The notes under the pieces are model-generated. The model had not been told where the DNA came from. It ran no database searches and saw only the letters and a list, made by a program, of their open reading frames with translations. A stretch of 64,000 nt of DNA, taken from positions 31,560,001 to 31,624,000 of the forward strand of contig NC_086108.1 of assembly GCF_963921235.1 (NCBI RefSeq), written 5' to 3'. Both the position numbers and the translations under genes were made by a program. Positions 27,195 through 41,816 of the stretch are shown one piece after another (position 1 is the first letter of the stretch; each line of letters begins with the position of its first letter). The DNA comes from Mobula hypostoma. Taxonomy: Eukaryota.

Positions 27195-27947
27195 GGTAGA
27201 AGAAATGAAAGGGTTGACTATTTTCTAAATGGAGGGAAAATACAAAAAAGTGAGGTGCAAAGAGACTTGGGAGTCCTAGAGCATGATTCCCTAAAGGTTA
27301 ATTTGTAGATTGTGTCTGTGGTAAGGAAGCCAAATGCAATGTTAGCATTCATTTCAAGAGGACGAGAATATAAAAGCAAGGATGTAATGATGAAACTTAA
27401 TAAAGCACTGATGAGCCTCACTTGGAGTGTTGTGAGCAAATTTGGTCCCTTTATCTTAGATAGGATGTGCTGAAACTGGAGAATGGCTTGTCATATGAGG
27501 AGCGTTTGATGGGTCTGGGTCTGTATTCACTAGTATTCAGAAAAATGTGGGGTGACCTAATTGAAACATATCGAATGGTGAAAGGCCTTGATAGAGTGGA
27601 TGTGGAGAGAATGTTTCTTATGCTGGGAGAGTCCAAGACCAAAGGACACAGCCTCAGGATAGAGGGGCATCCTTTTAAAATGGAGATGAGGAGGAATTTC
27701 TTTAGCCAGAGTATGGTGAACCTGTGGAATTCTTTGCCACAGGCAGCTGTGCAGGTTAAGTCTTTATGTATATTCAGGGCAGAGGTTGATAGATTCTTGA
27801 TTGGGCAGGGCATGAAGGAATATAGGGAGAAGGCAGGAGATTGGGGCTGAGAGGAACATTGGATCAGCAAAGATGAAATGATGGAGCAGACTTGGTGGGG
27901 CAAATGGCCTAATTCTGCTGCTATGTCTTATCATCTTATGGTCTTAT
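27195..27947 (+). mobile_element. CR1 LINE 3' fragment
   Basis: GLYSL..GDLIETY..RRNFFSQ..NLWNSLP and 3' tail. Confidence 0.85.
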
Positions 27948-28679
27948 AGTATCTATACTGAGAAAGTATCGAAAATTCTGACAGAGCTATCCATCTGGAT
28001 CAAATAGGATCATACCCAGAAACATACCTCTTCACAATAATAATGTATATTGAAGAATCTCTTCCTATTGTGGATATGGTAAAATCCTGTTTAAGAGCCA
28101 CAGCACAGCTGTGAGCCAAGGCAAGAGGATACAAGTTTCTCAGTTACAGGAACAAGAATAAGGTCAACAACATGTACACAGCTGAAGAGGTCAAACCAAC
28201 GAAGGAAGTCTGTCAACACACTGAACCTGTAATGATTATTTTACGTGATATGGTTTCCAAAAGTAAATTATTTCAGCCCCAGGACATCACTGCGGAATTT
28301 CCTAGTTTCAGCCATCTTTAGTTGCCTCATGAATGACCTTCCTTCCTTCATGAGGTCAGAAATAGGGATATTTGCTGAGGAATGCATATTTTCAATTCTG
28401 CTTGCAATTCCGTAACATATCAAGTAGCCCATTCCTGCTTGCAACAGGACTGAGAAAATGTTCAAATTGTGAAAAATATATAAAATGATAAATGGGTAAA
28501 TAAATAAATCTGTAGATAGAGAGATAAATTGATAGCAGGCAGGTAGATGGATAGATACCAGTTTTGCAAAGTTACTGTGTGTGGTCTAGTGGTAATGTGT
28601 GAAGAGTCTGCTGCTCTGGTTCCTTTTGATGATCAGGTGTTTAGTAAGAACTGTCGGAGTAGAGTTTTGAGTTTTGTAC

Positions 28680-29090
28680 ACATGCTCTTAAATCAGCTCA
28701 TCATGCAATACCATCATCCTCTCAAAGCTAATCAATAAGCTTCAAGACCTTGGCCTCAGTACCCCTTTGTGCAATTGGATCCTTGATTTTCTCACTTGCA
28801 GACCCAGTCAGTTTGGATTGGCAGCAATATCTCCTCCACGACCTCCATCAGCACAGGTCCACCACAAAGCTGTGCACAGCCCCCTGCTCTCCTCACTTTC
28901 CACCTATGACTGTGTGGCTAAGCACAGCTCCAGTGCTGTATTCAAGTTTGCTAACATCACTGCCATAGGCTGAATCAAAGGTAATGAAAAAGCTGCACAT
29001 AGGAAGGAGACTAAAACTCTGGCTGAGTCATGCCTGAACGACAATCTAATACTCAATGTCAGTGAGACTAAGGTCAGAATTGAGGACATT
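28680..29090 (+). mobile_element. Rex1/Babar LINE RT fragment
   Basis: [31 protein letters not shown]. Confidence 0.75.
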
Positions 29091-29479
29091 TGCTGAGGAC
29101 TGCATAATTTTCAATTCTTTTTGCAACTCCTTAGCATATCAAGTAGTCTATGCCTGCAGAATCAGGTTTAATGTCTCCTGTTTATGTCGTGAAATTTGTT
29201 GTTACATTACAGTAGTACATTGCAATACATAATAATAGAAACTGTGAGTTACAATGTATAGTGTCCATGTGTTGAATATCCATACTGGAATCTGATTGGA
29301 GAGGGGACAGAAAATGTTCAAGTTGTGAAGAATAAATAAAATGATAAATAGGTAAATAAATAAATCAATTCATAGACAGACAGATGGATAGACAGATAGA
29401 CAGGCAGGCAGACAGATGGATAGATAGCAGCTTTGTAAAGTTACTATGTGCAGTGTAGTTAGTTTACAAAGTTATTATC

Positions 29480-31040
29480 TATTCAGGTTACCATGGAAAT
29501 TGAGGGTGAAGATTGTGCATCATTAGTAATGATATTTGTGTTGTCATTGGCCACAGGAGTAAAACCAACCAGAGGATTGGAGGATAGCAAATGCTATTTG
29601 TTTTGTTCAGGAAAGGTAATAGAAATAAACCTGAGAATGAAAGATCAATGAGTCTTAGGACATCATTGGTGGGCAAGCTATAGGAGAGCATTCTTAAAGA
29701 CAGGATTTACAAGAAGGCAGAGGATGGTTGTAGATAGAGCATATTCTGCCTGGAGATTGGTGACCAGTGGTGTTCCACAGCAAATTGTTCTGGGACTCTA
29801 GGTTAATTTCTGGGATGTCCGGACTGTCTTGCGCAGAGAGGTTAGAGAGACTGGGCTTGTACACACTGGAATTAAGGAGATTGAGGGGGGATCTGATTGA
29901 GACATATAAGATTATTAGAGATTGGACAAGCTAGAGGCAGGAAATATGTTCCAGATGCTGGGAGAGTCCAGTATCAGAGGACATGGTTTAAGAATAAGGG
30001 GTAGGTCATTTAGGACAGAGTTGAGGAGGAACTTCTTCTCCCAGAGAGTTGTGGAGGTGTGGAATGCTCTGCCTCAGAAGGTAGTGGAGGCCAGTTCTCT
30101 GGATGCTTTCAAGAAGGATCTAGATAGGTATCTTATGGATAGGGGAATCAAGGGTTATGGGGACAAGGCAGGAACTGGGTATTGACAGTAAATGATCAGC
30201 CATGATCTCAGAATGGCGGTGCAGGCTCAAAGGGTCAAATGGTCTACTTCTGCACTTATTGTCTATTGTCTATTGACTCCTGCTCTTTTGTGAGTTTTAT
30301 AAATGACTTAGATGAGGAAATGGAAAAGTGGATTAGTAAGTTGCAGATGACACAAAGATTGGTGGTGTGGGTAGCATAGAATATTGACATAGGTTACAAG
30401 AGACATTGATAGGACACAGAGCTCAGCTGGTAAGTGCAGAAGGAGTATAGTCCGGAAAAGTGTAAAATGATTCACTTTGGAAGGTTGAGCCTGTAGGCAG
30501 AGTACAAAGTTACTGGCAGCACAGGTTGATAGGGTGGTTGAGAAGGCTTATGGTGCACTGGCTTCATTAGTTGGAGAACTGAGCTCAAGAGCCACAAGGC
30601 AGTGTTTAAAGAGCATGTCTTTTCAGGATAGATTAGCAAGCTAGGGCTATTTGCTTTGGAGTAAAGGAGGATGAGAGGTGACTTGATAGAGATGTACAAG
30701 ATAATAAGAGGCATAAACAGAGCTGAGAATTAGTGTCTTTTTCCCAGAGAGGGAATGGCCAATACTGTACAAGAAGAGAGATTTTGAAGGTGATCAGAGG
30801 AAAGTATAGAGGAGATCTCAGAGGTAGGTTATTGCACAGAGAGATAAGTGTACTGTTGGGAGCTGTGGTGGAGGTACATACATTAGTGAAATCTGAGACA
30901 CATTTAGACAGACACATGGATGAAAGAAAAATGGTGTGCTATGTAGGATCGAAGGGTTGGATTGATCTTGAACGAGGTTAAAACGTCGGCAGAGTATTGT
31001 TGGCCGAAAGGCCTGTAGTGTGCTATACTGTTCTGTGTCC
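29480..31040 (+). mobile_element. Degenerate CR1 with a younger CR1 3' end nested inside (about 29810-30275)
   Basis: RT remnants on both sides of a CR1 tail ending (CTATTGT)n. Confidence 0.75.
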
Positions 31041-33738
31041 TATATATCTGCAGTCTTTATGCAGATAAAATCTTCAAAGGGACAAATCAATGCACGTGAA
31101 CTATTTGTATACTTCAATTAATGGTAATTTCATGGTTACATAATTAGGCCATATGGTCAGATAAAATAGTGATATATGATGTAAGAAAGAGCAGAGAAAG
31201 ATTGCTGCTGGGAAAGTTAGAACATCCTTCTGTACCCTGCAATTCTTACAATAAATAGAATTTATCAAAACCCCAGAATGTATCCAAACTGTTACAAGAA
31301 TCTCCCCTTGTAATAGTCATCAGAGAGGCACAGAGAGATATGTAATTATCGCTAGGTACCTTTATTGTCTCAACGGAAGAACATATGAACGTACACAATC
31401 AATAGCTGTGTGTGTACCTGTTAAGTTTTCCAACCTTCCATGAACAGTTAAAGAACAGAAAATATAATACCAATTGTATGAAGTTGAATTCATGTCTAGT
31501 CATTGAATATAAGAACAGAAGCAGGAATGAACACCTTCTTGCACCATTTCCTTTTCCCTAAATTGCCTTAAAATCTGTTGATCTTGGCTTTGCTCAGCAA
31601 CTGAGACAATATTTTTTTGGTAGAAAATTTCAAATATTTGGTACCTTCTGGGAGAAGAAATCACTTTGCATCTTAATCCTAAATAGCCAATTTTTGGGAG
31701 ACATTGATCCTTGCATCTGGACTTCCCAGAAAGAACATCCCTCTATCCACTTGTAAAACTTCATCAATTTCAATGATATCAATCTTCATTTATGCAAACT
31801 CTAGTGAGTATATGTTGAGTCTGCATAACCTCTTCTGATATCACAACTCTGACCTCCAGCCCAGAATCTAATCTAGTGAAACTTTGCTGAACTTCTTCAA
31901 TCACATTGAATTATCCTCATCTTTTATTTTCCCTTTCCTAATCAGTTTTTTTGGATCTCCTTTGCCAAAAGCTGAAATATTCCCTTTCTTCAATTTTTCA
32001 CACCTTGTGGAGACAATGCTTATCTTTATTCATGACCTGCACCATTGACATGGAACATGCACAAAATGCTGGAGGAAATCAACAGGTCAGGCAGTGTATA
32101 TGGCATCTCCATCTGTCTATCTTCAGCATTTTGTGTGTGTTCCATAGATGTTGCCTGACCTTCTGAGTTCCTCCAGTATTTTGTGTTTGGTGCTCTGGAT
32201 TTCCAACATCTGCAAAATCCCTTGTGTTTACCATTGACTTGGATAGCTTCCATCCACCTAATTCCATGTCTGCTTTCAACAGTTACTTCCCATTACCATT
32301 ATTGTAAGTTACCAAGGCATTGCTGGAATGAGTTAAATGCATCAGGTATGTCAGGTGTTCAGTGACTAGATCAATACATTGTTCTTATAGCAATACTGTC
32401 ATCTTAGGTACAGCTGGTCCAACTATTTCCTTTCATGTTGGACCAAAAGGGTACTAGGGATGAAAGGCTTCAGTCTCATGGAGAAAACGCAGGTGTTCTC
32501 TTTGGAAAATGAAAGATTAAGCAGGAATTTGATAGAGATTCTCAAAATATTGAAGTTGAAAGAAAATATTGCTGAGGTCGGTAGATATTGAGTAGTTGGC
32601 TGAAAATTGCAAAAAAAAAGCTGCAGTTGCGGGAAATCTGAAATAAAAATGGAAGATGCTCGAAACACTCCTGAGGTATAAAGCATCTGTGGAAAGAGAA
32701 AAAGTTAACATTTCAAGTCTGGAATCTTTCATCAGAACTGCAGTTGCATTTGCTTCCTGTCTGCCTCCCGCCAAGTGGCAAAAGAGTTTAAGTTTTGTTT
32801 TGGTGATGACTATTATCTTTAAGATGGCATTCCTGTGAAATTCTATTTTAATTTGAGAAATACCACAATATACCTTTCATGTATCTCAATGATGACTCAA
32901 AGAACCAGAATCCAAAAGGCAGGAGCAAGAGCTGGGAATTAGGAGTGACATTTGGCTGCCATGGACATAATGACATTTCTGTGATGTCTATGATGGGATC
33001 TCACCTATGAAAAGGATTTCTGCCTTCATGTGGAGATGCAAAGCTTTTCCTTTGAAGTTATTCAAGATTTGCCAACTGTCAGAAGACTTACTCTATCATC
33101 TAAACTACCCATTTTACATGCAGCACTGAACTACTTCTAAGGTGATAAAATAAATGCCAATGTTAATTCGTAGATTGCACAAATAGACACTGCAGCCTAC
33201 TCCTATCAATCACTTGCAGAAGCACTCTGCTTGCAGAGGATTTGAGATCTTGCCTTATCACATGTTGGGACAACTGGAGTCTAACCCTATGCCACCTTTT
33301 GATCTGAATCTGTTGTTTACATTTTTGCCTGAGTACTTCTTAATTGCTACAAAGGTGAAAATGAACAAACATTTGGTTAAAGGAAATGAGATAAAGATTG
33401 GGTGAGCAGCCGTATTTTATGCACCAAAGATTTTATGATTAACCTCACTTAATCAGTGCAAGTGATCTTTTATAATGTTGATAAAGGAAACGCAGCAATC
33501 TTCTCCATATTAGTATGTCATCTTTTGTGAACAAGATGTCGGAAACTGTTTGCTTGCAGATAAATTATTCACAATACAACTGTAAAATCAATATAGAAGT
33601 CCAAAGAACGCCAAATTACAAAGTGTTCAATGAACCATCTTGGAATACCATATTCAATGTAGGCAAACGACACAGAAGAGACACGCATTTACAAATCTGA
33701 TAAAGGTCACATGATCTATTTTAGTGACATTGCTTAAA

Positions 33739-36700
33739 ACCATAGAACCATAGAAACTACAGCACAGAAACAGGCCCTTTGGCCCTTCTTGGCTGTGCCG
33801 AACCATTTTCTGCCTAGTCCCACTGACCTGCACACGGACCATATCCCTCCATACACCTCCCATCCATGTATCTGTCCAATTTATTCTTAAATGTTAAAAA
33901 AGAACCCGCATTTACCACCTCGTCTGGCAGCTCATTCCATACTCCCACCGCTCTCTGTGTGAAGAAGCCCCCCCTAATGTTCCCTTTAAACTTTTCCCCC
34001 CTCACCCTTAACCCATGTCCTCTGGTTTTTTTTCCCCCCTTGCCTCAGTGGAAAAAGCCTGCTTGCATTCACTCTATCTATACCCATGATAATTTTATAT
34101 ACTATCAAATCTCTCCTCATTCTTCTACGCTCCAGGGAATGAAGTCCTAACCTATTCAACCTTTCTCTGTAGCTGAGTTTCTCAAGTCCCGGCAACATCC
34201 TTGTAAACCTTCTCTGCGCTTTTTCAACCTTATTTATATCCTTCCTGTAATTTGGTGACCAAAACTGAACACAATACTCCAGATTCGGCCTCACCAATGC
34301 CGACTTATAACAGTCCAGCTCTTATACTCAATACTTCGATTAATAAAGGCCAATGTACCAAAAGCTCTCTTTACGACCCTATCTACCTGTGACGACACTT
34401 TTAGGGAATTTTGTATCTGTATTCCCAGATCCCTCTGTTCCACTGCACTCCTCAGTGCCTTACCATTAACCCTGTATGTTCTACCTTGGTTTGTCCTTCC
34501 AACATGCAATACCTCACACTTGTCAGTATTAAACTCCATCTGCCATTTTTCAGCCCATTTTTCCAGCTGGTCCAAGTCCCTCTGCAGGCTCTGAAAACCT
34601 TCCTCACTGTCTACTACACCTCCAATCTTTGTATCGTCAGCAAACTTGCTGATCCAGTTTACCACATTATCATCCAGATCATTGATATAGATGACAAATA
34701 ACAATGGACCCAGCACTGATCTCTGTGGCACACCACTAGTCACAGGCCTCCACTCAGAGAAGCAATTCTCTACCACCACTCTCTGGCTTTTTCCATCGAG
34801 CCAATGTCTAATCCAATTTACCACCTCTCCATGTATACCTAGCGACTGAATTTTCCTAACTAACATCCCATGCGGGACCTTGTCAAAGGCCTTACTGAAG
34901 TCCATGTAGACAATATCCACTGCCTTCCCTTCATCCACTTTCCTGGTAACCTCCTCGAAAAACTCCAACAGATTGGTCAAACACGACCTACCACGCACAA
35001 AGCCATGTTGACTCTCCCTAATAAGCCCCTGTCTATCCAAATGCTTGTAGATTCTGTCTCTTAGTACTCCCTCCAATAACTTACCTACTACTGACGTTAA
35101 ACTCACCGGCCTATAATTTCCCGGATTACTTTTTGATCCTTTTTTAAACAACGGAACAACATGAGGCACTCTCCAATCCTCCAGCACTTCACCCGTAGAC
35201 AGAGACATTTTAAATATTTCAGCCAGGGCCCCCGCAATTTCAACACTAGTCTCCTTCAAGGTCCGAGGGAGCACTCTGTCAGGTCCCGGGGATTTATCCA
35301 CTTTTATTTTCCTCAAGACAGCAAGGACCTCCTCCTTTTCAATCTGTACAGTTTCTATGGTCTCACTACTTGATTCCCTCAATTCCATAGATTTCATGCC
35401 AACTTCCTTAGTAAATACAGACGCAAAAAACCTATTTAAGATCTCCCCCACTTCCTTTGGTTCCGCACAAAGCCGACCACTCTGATCTTCAAGAGGACCA
35501 ATTTTATCCTTTACAATCCTTTTGCTCTTAATATACTTGTAAAAGCTCTTTGGATTATCCTTCACTTTGACTGCCAAGGCAACCTCATGTCTTCTTTTTG
35601 CCCTCCTGATTTCTTTCTTAAGTATTTTCTTGCACTTCTTATACTCCTCAAGCACCTGATTTACCCCCTGTTTCCTATACATTTCATACAACTCCCTCTT
35701 CTTCTTTATCAGAGTTGCAATATCCCTTGAGAACCAAGGTTCCTTATTCCTATTCAATTTGCCTTTGATCCTGACAGGAACATACAACTCTGCACTCTCA
35801 AAATGTCCCCTTTGAAGGCTTCCCACCTACCAATCAGATCTTTGCCAGAGAACAACCTGTTCCAATCCATGCTTTTTAGATCCTTTCTCATTTCTTCAAA
35901 TTTCGCCTTCTTCCAGTTCAGAACCTCAACCCTAGGACCAGATCTATCCTTGTCCATGATCAAATTGAAACTAATGGTGTTGTGATCACTGGAACCAAGG
36001 TGCTCCCCTACACAGACTTCTGTCACTTGCCCTAATTCATTTCCTAACAGGAGATCCAATGTTGCATCCCCTCTAGTTGGTACCTCTATCGATTGATTTA
36101 GAAAACTTTCCTGAACACATTTTACAAACTCTAAACCAACTAGACCCCTAACAGTATGGGAGTCCCAATCAATGTATGGAAAATTAAAATCCCCTACCAC
36201 CACAACTTTATGTTTCCTGCAGTTGCCTGCTATCTCTCTGCAGATTTTCTCTTCCAAGTCTCGTTAACTATTGGGTGGTCTGTAATACAATCCCACTAAT
36301 GTGGCCATACCTTTCCTGTTTCTCAGCTCCACCCATAAGGACTCAGTAGTCAAGCCCTCTAATCTGTCCTGCCTGAGCACTGCTGTAATATTTTCCCTAT
36401 CAAGCAGTGCTACTCCCCCACCTTTCATTCCTCTGCCTCGATCACATCTGAAACATCGGAACCCTGGAATATTAAGCTGCCAGTCCTGCCCCTCCTGTAG
36501 CCAAGTTTCACTAATTGCTACAACATCATAATTCCACGTGTCAATCCACGCCCTCAACTCATCCGCCTTCCCCGCAATACTCCTAGCATTGAAATATATA
36601 TACCTCAGAAGATTTTTACCACCACTCACAACCTTTCCATCAGCGGATTTGCTTAAACTTTCCATATCATTTATTTTCACCCCAGCCACACTGTCAGCTC

Positions 36701-36950
36701 TGGCACTCTGGTTCCCATCCCCCTGCAAATCTAGTTTAAAGCCTCCCCAATAGCACTAACAAATCTCCCTGAAAGGATATTGGTCCCCCTGTGGTTCAAG
36801 TGTAACCCGTCTCTCTTGTACAGGTCCCACCTGCCCCAGAAGAGGTCCCAATGATCCTGAAATCTGAAACCCTGCCCCCTACACCAGTTCCTCAGCCACT
36901 TGTTCCTCCTCCAGAGCATCCTATTCCTACCCTCACTGGCATCTAGCACA
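33739..36950 (-). mobile_element. CR1 LINE: end of ORF1 esterase domain and frameshifted ORF2 (endonuclease and RT)
   Basis: DGLHLNHRGT; YFNARSI, ETWL, GDFNFP, SDH; DFSKAFDKVPH, FADD; tandem 8-mer tail. Confidence 0.95.
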
Positions 36951-37127
36951 GTATTAAGTAAAAGTAATACATATTAAAGCATAAGTATTATGCAAGACCC
37001 TTAGGGAACTCCCCTTGAATACACAAAAATACTGTAGTTGAAAATTTTGCATCAATTTGAGAGAGCAAATGCAGTTTTGGATTCTCCTTTCTACTGATAA
37101 ATGGATGGAATTTATTAATAAGACCAT

Positions 37128-39450
37128 AAGACCATAAGATATAGGAGCAGAATTATGCCATTTGGCCCATCGAGTTTGCTCCGCCATCTCATCATGGCTG
37201 ATCCATTTTCTCTCTCAGCACTGATCATCTGCCCTCTCCCCATATCCCTTCATGCACTGACTAATCAAAAATATATCAACTTCTGACTTATGACTTGGCC
37301 TCCACAGCGGTCTTTGGCAACAAATGCCACAGATTCACCATTCTCTGGCAAAGGAAATTGCTTCTCGTCACCATTCTAAAAGGATGCCCCTCTATTCTGA
37401 GGCTGTGTCCTCTAGTCTTAAACTCTCCCACCACAGGAAACATTCTCTCCACATCCGTTCTATCAAGCCTCTCAAAATTCGATAGGTTTCAATAAGGTCA
37501 CCCCTCATTCCTCTGAATTCCAGTGAGTAGAAGCCATGAGTCATCAAACACTTTTCATATGACAAGCCATTCAATCTCAGAATCATTTGCGTGAACCTCC
37601 TCGAACTCTCTCTAATGTCAGCACATCCTTTCTAAGTTAAGGGGACCAATACTCCAAGTGAGGCCCACCAGTACTTTATAAAGCCTCAACATTATATCCT
37701 GACTTTTATATTCTAATCCTCTTGAATTGAATGCTAACATTGCCTTTGCCTTCCTCACCATTGACTCAGCCTGCAAATTAACCTTTAGGGAATTCTGCAC
37801 AAGGACTCCCAAATCCCTTTGTACCTCAGATTTTTGAATTTTCTCTCCATTTTGAAAATAGTTAACCCTTTCATTTCTTCTACCAAAGCGCAAGAGCGAC
37901 ACTGTATTCCATCTGCCACTCCTTTGCCCATCCTCCAAATCTGTGAAAGTCCTCCTATAGCCTCTCTACTTCTTCAAAACTACCTGCTTCTCCACCTGTC
38001 TTCGTATCATCCACAAACTTGGCCACAAAGCCATCAGTTCCATGTTCCAAGTCATTGAAATATAATGTAAAAAGAAGCGGTACCAACACAGACCCCTGTG
38101 GAACACGTCACCAGCAGCCAACCAGAAAAGGCTCCCTTTATTAGCACTGTTTGCTTCCTGTTAACTAGCCACTGCTTTATCTATGCCAGTATCTTTCCTG
38201 AAATACCATGGGCTCTTAACTTGTTAAGTAGCATCATGAGTGGATCTTGTCAAAGGCCTTCTGAAAATCCAAGTACACAACACCTATCGATTCTTCTTTG
38301 TCTATCCTACTTGATGTTTCTTCAAAGAATTCCAATGGATTTGTCAGGCAAGATTTTCCTTGAAGCAACCATGCTGAATACAGCCTATTTTGTTATATGC
38401 CTCCAAAACCACATCCTAACCAATCGAAACCAACATCTTCCCAACCACTGAAGTCAGACTTACTAGCCTATAATTCCCTTTCTTCTGCCCCTCTCTCTTC
38501 TTGAAGAGCGGAGTGACATTTGCAATTTTCCATTCCTTCAGAACTATACAAAAAAATCAATTGATTCTTGAAAGATCATTACTAGGTCCTCCACAACCTC
38601 TTCAGCTACCTCTTTCAGAACCCTGGGGTATACACCATCTGGTCCAAGTAATATATCTACCTTCAGATCTTTCATTTTCCTAAGAAACTTCTCTTTAGTC
38701 ATGGTAACTTCACTCACTTCTTCCCCTTGACACATAGAAACATAGAAAATAGGTGCAGGAGTAGGCCATTCGGCCCTTTGAGCCTGCACCGCACACTTCC
38801 GGCATACTGCTGGTGTCTTTCACTGTGAAGACTGATGCAAAATACTTATTCAGTTCATATGCCATTTCCTTATCCCCCATTGCTACCACTCCAGCATAAT
38901 TTTCCAGTGATCTGATATCCACTCTCACTCTCTTTTTGTGCCTGAAGAAACTTTTGATATCCTCTTTAATTTTATTGTCTAACTTTTACCTTTGTCTCCT
39001 GCAACCTAGGGGTGACTATCTCCCTGTAGCTCATTATCTATCACCTCCTCATGAGCTGAAGGACATCAGGCTGCAGCTCCTGCTCCTTTAGAGATTCTCT
39101 GAGGAACTGCAGTTCGGTTCACCTGAGGAAGGTGTGCTTATCCGAGCGATTGGAGGTCTCCCAGATTTCACACATCTCTCACACACAGTACAAACCACCA
39201 CGCATGGAGCCATTCTCACTTCACTAGAATGCCTAACAGATGAAGAACAAAGAATTAAGAACAAAAAGAGAGACTTGCAAGATACTTTACCCTGCCCAAG
39301 CCTAATGAGCCAAAGCCACTCCAAACACTGACCCACTCACAACAACGGCTGCTCCACTTGCATGTGCATTATTTTTATTTGCCCTTTCTAATGAATCCCA
39401 CTTGGTGATCAGTTGCTCTCCAACTCCAAAATATTGCCGTGAAGTTCGGC
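37128..39450 (-). mobile_element. Degenerate, internally deleted CR1 LINE with a small nested CR1 tail (about 38730-38790)
   Basis: RT remnants (GPDGVYPRVLKEVAEE, VQRDLGVLVQ, GDLIETY); ORF1-like Cys-containing remnant near 39090-39220. Confidence 0.8.
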
Positions 39451-40800
39451 CTTTTTAATCTTGAGTGTGGACCCGATCCAAAAGGTGGCTCTCTTCACAT
39501 ATCCCTGCTTGGTGATTGGTCACAGCACAACTCCGTTAACGGATAGCTTGTGAAAATTCTTCTGGTGAAAGGTGGCTACAAAAATTAAAAAATTACAAGA
39601 TTTGTCATTGGCCGTATTCTGCACCAGTAGGAGGAAATTCGAGTCAATGAGTTTGAGACAGTTTGAAAAATCTCCCAAAAAAATAGAATTTTGCATTTTC
39701 ACCTTTCAGAAGCCTGACTGACAAGGCCAAGCTTTCTTGTCCACCAGTACAGAAACAGAAACTGCTGGAAACACTGAACAGCTCAGGCAGCATCTTTGGA
39801 AAGAGAGTTAATACTCCAGGTCTGAGTCCTTTGACCTTACACAATTTAGATCAAATGAAGAGTTCATTGTAGCACAAAGTAGTCATAATGTTGCTAAACT
39901 GAAATAGTGATTAGGGTTAGATTATCTGTGATAGAGTGAGACCACACAGGGCAGTGAGAGGATGGTTACATTTCATTGTTTGTTTATGTGTTAAAAAAGA
40001 GACTGGAACATTCTCGGCAAGTCACACTCTATTAATAGAGCAAAGACAACCGAGCAAAAAAATGTAGATGCATGACCGGCAGAGAGGACCAGCTCTGACA
40101 GTTACTTTAAATTGGAAAATTCAATATTGCATCCAGAAGGCCACAACGTACCCAGATAGAAGTTAGGCATTGCTTCTGAAGTTTGCATTGGGCCCTGTTG
40201 TAACTCTGCAGGAGGCCATGGTCCAGGGAGGAAGTGGCACAGAAAATTAAAGTGTCCGGCAACAGGAGCTGAGGATCACCCCTGTGACAATGTGCACAAT
40301 GATCATCCAATCTGCACTTGGTTTTTGCGGTGTAGCAGAGAAAACCTTGTCAATCCCATATGAGTCCTTGCCAGTAGCCTTAATGGTATCAGCATTATTT
40401 TGTTGTCTGCTGGAATTCCTCATGGAACAACAAGGGCATAAGTGTAATTACATAATACTGAAATTAAAAGCCAAGGATCCAATGGTGACACATGAAGCAA
40501 TTGGTGAAAAGCTTAAATGGTTCATTTCTGTCACTCAGGAGAAGAAATCAACCATTATAGGAGTTTCTGATTCCTGAGCCACCAATGTGTTCAGCTCGAA
40601 GTTCCCTCCTCAGTTCAGGGTCCAATAGGGGCAGACTATAAATGTTGGCTTTACTTATTTTTTACTAACTTGCTTATATCATGCGAGCAACTGCTATGCT
40701 ACCTTTAACCTACTAATCGTCAGTAACATCAGTACAGATTCCAAGCCTTCATATAAAAATATACACACGAAAGCATGTAAGGTTTTACTTTGAAAGAATA

Positions 40801-40806
40801 TTTATT
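40801..40806 (-). terminator. Candidate polyadenylation signal of the FASLG-like paralog
   Basis: AATAAA on minus strand about 1 kb after the stop codon, at the end of an AT-rich non-repetitive stretch. Confidence 0.4.
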
Positions 40807-41816
40807 GCATGCATTTTGCTTTTTTACAGGAATACTTGCAGGTATTATGAATTTGATACTAAATATAACTTGTGAACTGTGCAATAAAAGCAAAATTAAA
40901 ACAATAGAAGTTACACCTTTAATGTCTTAACTCAACCAAAGAGCAACGATCAAGAACATTTCACAACTTCAGTTTGGCAAACACATTTGATACTCAGACT
41001 GTTTAATAATGCAAAGCACTGATTCAGTGCATGATGCTGATGCAAAAGTGGGGTCTGCTTCTGTTCTGTATGGGAAGCTATGAATGGCTGTAAGGAGAAG
41101 GGATTTTAAAGCAAACTCCATTGCCAAGGCAACAGGTGCTTCTATCTTCACTTGGAGATAATTAAGAGGCCTGACTGCCCTCAGTTAGGGAAGGTTCAAA
41201 TACACAACCTCCATTGCAATGTTAAATACTGGATGGAGTGAGAGAACAATTCTCATGTGGGAAACACTTAAAGGACAAATATTAGAGCTGGGAATATTCA
41301 GGGTTCCTCGAACAAAAGATGGTGAAAGTCTGGGATTCGATTCATTCTTCCCAAATCTGCTGAGGATTAAAATATCAAAACTGAAATTAATGAAAACTTA
41401 TTAGATTTGTGTACTAATGATATGAACACCTGTGGTACTGGCTTTAAATTTGATGACCATTTCTTTAGCTGACTGCTGGTAAAAAAAAAGAAACAACTGA
41501 ACACATTGTCCAGATACAGCCAGGAAGTATGAGGCGCTTAATGGCTACACACGTTTAAATTTTAATTCAGCTTAAAGGCAGAAGTGAATATTGAAAATAA
41601 GAGAAACACACTGAGGTTTATATTTCGATAAATGGATTACAAAAGCATTTCTCCTGTTTTCTAAATAATACATAGCTTGCAATGATTTTTGTAGTTTGCA
41701 AAGGAAATAATGATCTTGTGGTCAAAGCATTGTGAAACTTTTCAACTTCCTTGCTGTCGCAATGACTGCTAGGCCTTCACTACATGTCAAGGTCATATGC
41801 ACCTTGAAATCATGAT

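Noticed and set aside
28027..28225. AG/GT-bounded minus-strand segment with an AAGAG|GTATGT donor, considered as a further decayed exon 1
   Set aside because: Stops interrupt the frames and there is no convincing similarity to the three real first exons.
33587..33720. Minus-strand NLAFFGLLY followed by a stop, resembling a TNF C-terminus
   Set aside because: In-frame stops just upstream and no other TNF-domain motifs; likely chance.
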